Part shown: piece after piece, positions 56,001 through 64,000 of the stretch
Position numbering within the stretch: position 1 is the first letter of the stretch
Layout of the letters: each line of letters starts with the position of its first letter
The notes under the pieces: generated by a model
What the model saw: only the letters and a program-made list of their open reading frames with translations
What the model was told of the DNA's origin: nothing
The model's database searches: none
From: Auanema rhodensis
Lineage: Eukaryota > Animalia > Nematoda
Reading direction: 5' to 3'
NCBI GenBank assembly: GCA_964057225.1
Contig: OZ059896.1
Span: forward strand, 19,344,001 to 19,408,000
Length of the DNA: 64,000 bases
Made by a program: the position numbers and the translations under genes

Positions 56001-57915
56001 ATTCAACGAAAAAATTAATTCTTCAGGGTGAAAATCGAGGATATAAGTGTAAACTTATATCAGTTGATATCTCGGTGCATTTTTAAGCTAGCGCAAATCT
56101 GATAACACAGATCGACGCAGCTTAAAATACCGCATCGAATGCACTATACTACATGGAGAAACGCTTAATACAAAAATTAGTTATGATCGTTTGAAAAATG
56201 ATGCATTAGTGTATGTTGAGTTTCCATGTACACTCAACATTGCTTCCAAAAACATTTTGACAAAAATTTTTTCGAAAAATTTCAAAATAATTTAGCAAAA
56301 AGTAGATGTTTTTAGATTCCTTTTTTCAAGGCAAAGACGATGGACAATGTTATTCAACGAAAAAATTAATTCTTTAGGGTGAAAATCGAGGATATAAGTG
56401 TGAACTTATATCAGTTGATATCTCGGTGCATTTTTAAGCTAGCGCAAATCTGATAACACAGATCGACGCAGCTTAAAAATCCGCATCGAATGCACTATAC
56501 TACATTAAGAAACGCTGAATACAAAAATTAGTTATGATCGTTTGAAAAATGATGCATTAGTGTATGTTGAGTTTCCATGTACACTCAACATTGCTTCCAA
56601 AAACATTTTGACAAAAATTTTTTCGAAAAATTTCAAAATAATTTAGCAAAAAGTAGATGTTTTTAGATTCCTTTTTTCAAGGCAAAGACGATGGACAATG
56701 TTATTCAACAAAAAAATTAATTCTTCAGGGTGAAAATCGAGGATATAAGTGTAAACTTATATCAGTTGATATCTCGGTGCATTTTTAAGCTAGCGCAAAT
56801 CTGATAACACAGATCGACGCAGCTTAAAAATCCGCATCGAATGCACTATACTACATTAAGAAACGCTTAATACAAAAATTAGTTATGATCGTTTGAAAAA
56901 TGATGCATTAGTGTATGTTGAGTTTCCATGTACACTCAACATTGCTTCCAAAAACATTTTGACAAAAATTTTTTCGAAAAATTTCAAAATAATTTAGCAA
57001 AAAGTAGATGTTTTTGGATTCCTTTTTTCAAGGCAAAGACGATGGACAATGTTATTCAACGAAAAAATTAATTCTTCAGGGTGAAAATCGAGGATATAAG
57101 TGTAAACTTATATCAGTTGATATCTCGGTGCATTTTTAAGCTAGCGCAAATCTGATAACACAGATCGACGCAGCTTAAAATACCGCATCGAATGCACTAT
57201 ACTACATGGAGAAACGCTTAATACAAAAATTAGTTATGATCGTTTGAAAAATGATGCATTAGTGTATGTTGAGTTTCCATGTACACTCAACATTGCTTCC
57301 AAAAACATTTTGACAAAAATTTTTTCGAAAAATTTCAAAATAATTTAGCAAAAAGTAGATGTTTTTAGATTTCTTTTTTCAAGGCAAAGACGATGGACAA
57401 TGTTATTCAACGAAAAAATTAATTCTTCAGGGTGAAAATCGAGGATATAAGTGTAAACTTATATCAGTTGATATCTCGGTGCATTTTTAAGCTAGCGCAA
57501 ATCTGATAACACAGATCGACGCAGCTTAAAATACCGCATCGAATGCACTATACTACATGGAGAAACGCTTAATACAAAAATTAGTTATGATCGTTTGAAA
57601 AATGATGCATTAGTGTATGTTGAGTTTCCATGTACACTCAACATTGCTTCCAAAAACATTTTGACAAAAATTTTTTCGAAAAATTTCAAAATAATTTAGC
57701 AAAAAGTAGATGTTTTTAGATTCTATTTTTCAAGGCAAAGACGATGGACAATGTTATTCAACGAAAAAATTAATTCTTCAGGGTGAAAATCGAGGATATA
57801 AGTGTGAACTTATATCAGTTGATATCTCGGTGCATTTTTAAGCTAGCGCAAATCTGATAACACAGATCGACGCAGCTTAAAATACCGCATCGAATGCACT
57901 ATACTACATGGAGAA
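53002..57915. repeat. 5-mer higher-order repeat in copy B, expanded to about 3 copies
   Basis: gctgaat variant at 53358, 55113 and 56517 (spacings 1755 and 1404 bp). Confidence 0.88.
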
Positions 57916-60900
57916 ACGCTTAATACAAAAATTAGTTATGATCGTTTGAAAAATGATGCATTAGTGTATGTTGAGTTTCCATGTACACTCAACATTGCTT
58001 CCAAAAACATTTAGACAAAAATTTTTTCGAAAAATTTCAAAATAATTTAGCAAAAAGTAGATGTTTTTAGATTCCTTTTTTCAAGGCAAAGACGATGGAC
58101 AATGTTATTCAACGAAAAAATTAATTCTTCAGGGTGAAAATCGAGGATATAAGTGTGAACTTATATCAGTTGATATCTCGGTGCATTTTTAAGCTAGCGC
58201 AAATCTGATAACACAGATCGACGCAGCTTAAAACACCGCATCGAATGCACTATACTACATTGAGAAACGCTTAATACAAGAATTAGTTATGATCGTTTGA
58301 AAAATGATGCATTAGTGTATGTTGAGTTTCCATGTACACTCAACATTGCTTCCAAAAACATTTTGACAAAAAGTTTTTCGAAAAATTTCAAAATAATTTA
58401 GCAAAAAGTAGATGTTTTTGGATTCCTTTTTTCAAGGCAAAGACGATGGACAATGTTATTCAACGAAAAAATTAATTCTTTAGGGTGAAAATCGAGGATA
58501 TAAGTGTGAACTTATATCAGTTGATATCTCGGTGCATTTTTAAGCTAGCGCAAATCTGATAACACAGATCGACGCAGCTTAAAAATCCGCATCGAATGCA
58601 CTATACTACATTTAGAAACGCTTAATACAAAAATTAGTTATGATCGTTTGAAAAATGATGCATTAGTGTATGTTGAGTTTCCATGTACACTCAACATTGC
58701 TTCCAAAAACATTTTGACAAAAATTTTTTCGAAAAATTTCAAAATAATTTAGCAAAAAGTAGATGTTTTTAGATTCCTTTTTTCAAGGCAAAGACGATGG
58801 ACAATGTTATTCAACGAAAAAATTAATTCTTCAGGGTGAAAATCGAGGATATAAGTGTGAACATATATCAGTTGATATATCGGTGCATTTTTAAGCTAGC
58901 GCAAATCTGATAACACAGATCGACGCAGCTTAAAATACCGCATCGAATGCACTATACTACATTGAGAAACGCTTAATACAAAAATTAGTTATGATCGTTT
59001 GAAAAATGATGCATTAGTGTATGTTGAGTTTCCATGTACACTCAACATTGCTTCCAAAAACATTTTGACAAAAATTTTTTCGAAAAATTTCAAAATAATT
59101 TAGCAAAAAGTAGATGTTTTTAGATTCCTTTTTTCAAGGCAAAGACGATGGACAATGTTATTCGACGAAAAAATTAATTCTTTAGGGTGAAAATCGAGGA
59201 TATAAGTGTGAACTTATATCAGTTGATATCTCGGTGCATTTTTAAGCTAGCGCAAATCTGATAACACAGATCGACGCAGCTTAAAAATCCGCATCGAATG
59301 CACTATACTACAATGAGAAACGCTTAATACAAGAATTAGTTATGATCGTTTGAGAAATGATGCATTAGTGTATGTTGAGTTTCCATGTACACTCAACATT
59401 GCTTCCAAAAACATTTTGACAAAAAGTTTTTCGAAAAATTTCAAAATAATTTAGCAAAAAGTAGATGTTTTTGGATTCCTTTTTTCAAGGCAAAGACGAT
59501 GGACAATGTTATTCAACGAAAAAATTAATTCTTTAGGGTGAAAATCGAGGATATAAGTGTGAACTTATATCAGTTGATATCTCGGTGCATTTTTAAGCTA
59601 GCGCAAATCTGATAACACAGATCGACGCAGCTTAAAAATCCGAATCGAATGCACTATACTACATTGAGAAACGCTTAATACAAAAATTAGTTATGATCGT
59701 TTGAAAAATGATGCATTAGTGTATGTTGAGTTTCCATGTACACTCAACATTGCTTCCAAAAACATTTTGACAAAAATTTTTTCGAAAAATTTCAAAATAA
59801 TTTAGCAAAAAGTAGATGTTTTTAGATTCCTTTTTTCAAGGCAAAGACGATGGACAATGTTATTCAACGAAAAAATTAATTCTTCAGGGTGAAAATCGAG
59901 GATATAAGTGTGAACATATATCAGTTGATATATCGGTGCATTTTTAAGCTAGCGCAAATCTGATAACACAGATCGACGCAGCTTAAAATACCGCATCGAA
60001 TGCACTATACTACATTTAGAAACGCTTAATACAAAAATTAGTTATGATCGTTTGAAAAATGATGCATTAGTGTATGTTGAGTTTCCATGTACACTCAACA
60101 TTGCTTCCAAAAACATTTAGACAAAAATTTTTTCGAAAAATTTCAAAATAATTTAGCAAAAAGTAGATGTTTTTAGATTCCTTTTTTCAAGGCAAAGACG
60201 ATGGACAATGTTATTCAACGAAAAAATTAATTCTTCAGGGTGAAAATCGAGGATATAAGTGTGAACTTATATCAGTTGATATCTCGGTGCATTTTTAAGC
60301 TAGCGCAAATCTGATAACACAGATCGACGCAGCTTAAAACACCGCATCGAATGCACTATACTACACTGAGAAACGCTTAATACAAGAATTAGTTATGATC
60401 GTTTGAAAAATGATGCATTAGTGTATGTTGAGTTTCCATGTACACTCAACATTGCTTCCAAAAACATTTTGACAAAAAGTTTTTCGAAAAATTTCAAAAT
60501 AATTTAGCAAAAAGTAGATGTTTTTGGATTCCTTTTTTCAAGGCAAAGACGATGGACAATGTTATTCAACGAAAAAATTAATTCTTTAGGGTGAAAATCG
60601 AGGATATAAGTGTGAACTTATATCAGTTGATATCTCGGTGCATTTTTAAGCTAGCGCAAATCTGATAACACAGATCGACGCAGCTTAAAAATCCGCATCG
60701 AATGCACTATACTACATTAAAAAACGCTTAATACAAAAATTAGTTATGATCGTTTGAAAAATGATGCATTAGTGTATGTTGAGTTTCCATGTACACTCAA
60801 CATTGCTTCCAAAAACATTTTGACAAAAATTTTTTCGAAAAATTTCAAAATAATTTAGCAAAAAGTAGATGTTTTTAGATTCCTTTTTTCAAGGCAAAGA

Positions 60901-62127
60901 CGATGGACAATGTTATTCAACGAAAAAATTAATTCTCCAGGGTGAAAATCGAGGATATAAGTGTGAACATATATCAGTTGATATATCGGTGCATTTTCAA
61001 GCTAGCGCAAATCTGATAACACAGATCGACGCAGCTTAAAATACCGCATCGAATGCACTATACTACATTGAGAAACGCTTAATACAAAAATTAGTTATGA
61101 TCGTTTGAAAAATGATGCATTAGTGTATGTTGAGTTTCCATGTACACTCAACATTGCTTCCAAAAACATTTTGACAAAAATTTTTTCGAAAAATTTCAAA
61201 ATAATTTAGCAAAAAGTAGATGTTTTTAGATTCCTTTTTTCAAGGCAAAGACGATGGACAATGTTATTCGACGAAAAAATTAATTCTTTAGGGTGAAAAT
61301 CGAGGATATAAGTGTGAACTTATATCAGTTGATATCTCGGTGCATTTTTAAGCTAGCGCAAATCTGATAACACAGATCGACGCAGCTTAAAAATCCGCAT
61401 CGAATGCACTATACTACATTGAAAAACGCTTAATACAAAAATTAGTTATGATCGTTTGAAAAATGATGCATTAGTGTATGTTGAGTTTCCATGTACACTC
61501 AACATTGCTTCCAAAAACATTTTGACAAAAATTTTTTCGAAAAATTTCTAAATAATTTAGCAAAAAGTAGATATTTTTAGATTCCTTTTTTCAAGGCAAA
61601 GACGATGGACAATGTTATTAAACGAAAAAAATAATTCTTTAGGGTGAAAATCGAGGATATAAGTGTGAACATATATCAGTTGATATCTCGGTGCATTTTT
61701 AAGCTAGCGCAAATCTGATAACACAGATCGACGCAGCTTAAAAATCCGCATCGAATGCACTATACTACATTGAGAAACGCTTAACACAAAAATTAGTTAT
61801 GATCGTTTGAAAAATGATGCATTAGTGTATGTTGAGTTTCCATGTACACTCAACATTGCTTCCAAAAACATTTTGACAAAAATTTTTTCGAAAAATTTCA
61901 AAATAATTTAGCAAAAAGTAGATGTTTTTAGATTCCTTTTTTCAAGGCAAAGACGATGGACAATGTTATTCAACGAAAAAATTAATTCTTCAGGGTGAAA
62001 ATCGAGGATATAAGTGTGAACATATATCAGTTGATATATCGGTGCATTTTTAAGCTAGCGCAAATCTGATAACACAGATCGACGCAGCTTAAAATACCGC
62101 ATCGAATGCACTATACTACATTGAGAA
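57916..62127. repeat. Trimer/hexamer higher-order repeat domain, copy B
   Basis: Units 166-177 reproduce the haplotypes of units 105-116 at a 21411-bp offset. Confidence 0.85.
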
Positions 62128-64000
62128 ACGCTTAATACAAAAATTAGTTATGATCGTTTGAAAAATGATGCATTAGTGTATGTTGAGTTTCCATGTACAC
62201 TCAACATTGCTTCCAAAAACATTTTGACAAAAATTTTTTCGAAAAATTTCAAAATAATTTAGCAAAAAGTAGATGTTTTTAGATTCCTTTTTTCAAGGCA
62301 AAGACGATGGACAATGTTATTCAACGAAAAAATTAATTCTTCAGGGTGAAAATCGAGGATATAAGTGTGAACATATATCAGTTGATATATCGGTGCATTT
62401 TTAAGCTAGCGCAAATCTGATAACACAGATCGACGCAGCTTAAAAATCCGCATCGAATGCACTATACTACATTGAGAAACGCTTAATACAAAAATTAGTT
62501 ATGATCGTTTGAAAAATGATGCATTAGTGTATGTTGAGTTTCCATGTACACTCAACATTGCTTCCAAAAACATTTTGACAAAAATTTTTTCGAAAAATTT
62601 CTAAATAATTTAGCAAAAAGTAGATATTTTTAGATTCCTTTTTTCAAGGCAAAGACGATGGACAATGTTATTAAACGAAAAAAATAATTCTTTAGGGTGA
62701 AAATCGAGGATATAAGTGTGAACATATATCAGTTGATATCTCGGTGCATTTTTAAGCTAGCGCAAATCTGATAACACAGATCGACGCAGCTTAAAAATCC
62801 GCATCGAATGCACTATACTACATTGAGAAACGCTTAATACAAAAATTAGTTATGATCGTTTGAAAAATGATGCATTAGTGTATGTTGAGTTTCCATGTAC
62901 ACTCAACATTGCTTCCAAAAACATTTTGACAAAAATTTTTTCGAAAAATTTCAAAATAATTTAGCAAAAAGTAGATGTTTTTAGATTCCTTTTTTCAAGG
63001 CAAAGACGATGGACAATGTTATTCAACGAAAAAATTAATTCTTCAGGGTGAAAATCGAGGATATAAGTGTGAACTTATATCAGTTGATATCTCGGTGCAT
63101 TTTTAAGCTAGCGCAAATCTGATAACACAGATCGCCGCAGCTTAAAAATCCGCATCGAATGCACTTTACTACATTGAGAAACGCTTAATACAAAAATTAG
63201 TTATGATCGTTTGAAAAATGATGCATTAGTGTATGTTGAGTTTCCATGTACACTCAACATTGCTTCCAAAAACATTTTGACAAAAATTTTTTCGAAAAAT
63301 TTCAAAATAATTTAGCAAAAAGTAGATGTTTTTAGATTCCTTTTTTCAAGGCAAAGACGATGGACAATGTTATTCAACGAAAAAATTAATTCTTCAGGGT
63401 GAAAATCGAGGATATAAGTGTGAACTTATATCAGTTGATATCTCGGTGCATTTTTAAGCTAGCGCAAATTTGATAACACAGATCGACGCAGCTCAAAAAT
63501 CCGCATCGAATGCACTATACTACATTGAGAAACGCTTAATACAAAAATTAGTTATGATCGTTTGAAAAATGATGCATTAGTGTATGTTGAGTTTCCATGT
63601 ACACTCAACATTGCTTCCAAAAACATTTTGACAAAAATTTTTTCGAAAAATTTCAAAATAATTTAGCAAAAAGTAGATGTTTTTAGATTCCTTTTTTCAA
63701 GGCAAAGACGATGGACAATGTTATTCAACGAAAAAATTAATTCTTCAGGGTGAAAATCGAGGATATAAGTGTGAACATATATCAGTTGATATATCGGTGC
63801 ATTTTTAAGCTAGCGCAAATCTGATAACACAGATCGACGCAGCTTAAAATACCGCATCGAATGCACTATACTACATTGAGAAACGCTTAATACAAAAATT
63901 AGTTATGATCGTTTGAAAAATGATGCATTAGTGTATGTTGAGTTTCCATGTACACTCAACATTGCTTCCAAAAACATTTTGACAAAAATTTTTTCGAAAA

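Larger units (their letters stand above)
40785..62195. repeat. Copy B of the ~21-22 kb tandem segmental duplication (boundaries +/- ~180 bp)
   Basis: Same ordered series of monomer haplotypes as 18672-40784, with 6 fewer monomers near 42.8-43.2 kb and 4 extra monomers near 56.2-57.5 kb. Confidence 0.9.
1..64000. repeat. Tandem satellite array, 351-bp AT-rich monomer, ~182.3 copies, running off both window edges
   Basis: The monomer start acgct(t/g)aatacaa recurs at 1, 352, 703, 3511, 7021, 14041, 21061, 28081, 35101, 42121, 49141, 56161 and 63181, all equal to 1+351k. Copies differ from consensus by roughly 0-6 substitutions. A hand count gives 110 G+C in 351 bp (31%). Confidence 0.99.

Noticed and set aside
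1-64000. Giant repetitive CDS (351 bp = 117 codons, no indels)
   Set aside because: All six frames have stops in the consensus monomer: plus strand TAG 133-135, TGA 32-34 and TAA 6-8; minus strand via tta at 46-48, 5-7 and 21-23.
1-64000. CRISPR array
   Set aside because: There are no unique spacers; the entire 351-bp unit is repeated.
1-64000. Rolling-circle or amplification concatemer artefact
   Set aside because: Variants form shared, ordered haplotypes with nested periodicities, unlike random errors on a single template.

Overview
The whole 64,000-bp window is one uninterrupted head-to-tail tandem array (satellite DNA) of a 351-bp, ~31% GC monomer: 182 full copies plus a 118-bp partial copy, all in the same orientation. 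Unit n starts at 1+351*(n-1); 'pos' below means position within the monomer. I found no protein-coding gene, rRNA, tRNA, CRISPR array or transposon insertion, and all six reading frames contain stops in the consensus monomer. I cannot assign the family or organism; the size and homogeneity suggest eukaryotic (peri)centromeric or heterochromatic satellite. Three things stand out. (1) Each monomer carries four dyad/hairpin elements, including a 9-bp stem with a GNRA-type loop and a ~67-nt interrupted hairpin. (2) Monomer length is strictly conserved, with substitutions but no visible indels. (3) SNP haplotypes reveal nested higher-order repeats (2-, 3/6-, 5- and ~7-mers), a 27-unit duplication and a very recent ~21-22 kb tandem duplication with a chimeric junction monomer. 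All variant calls were read by eye and need confirmation by alignment.
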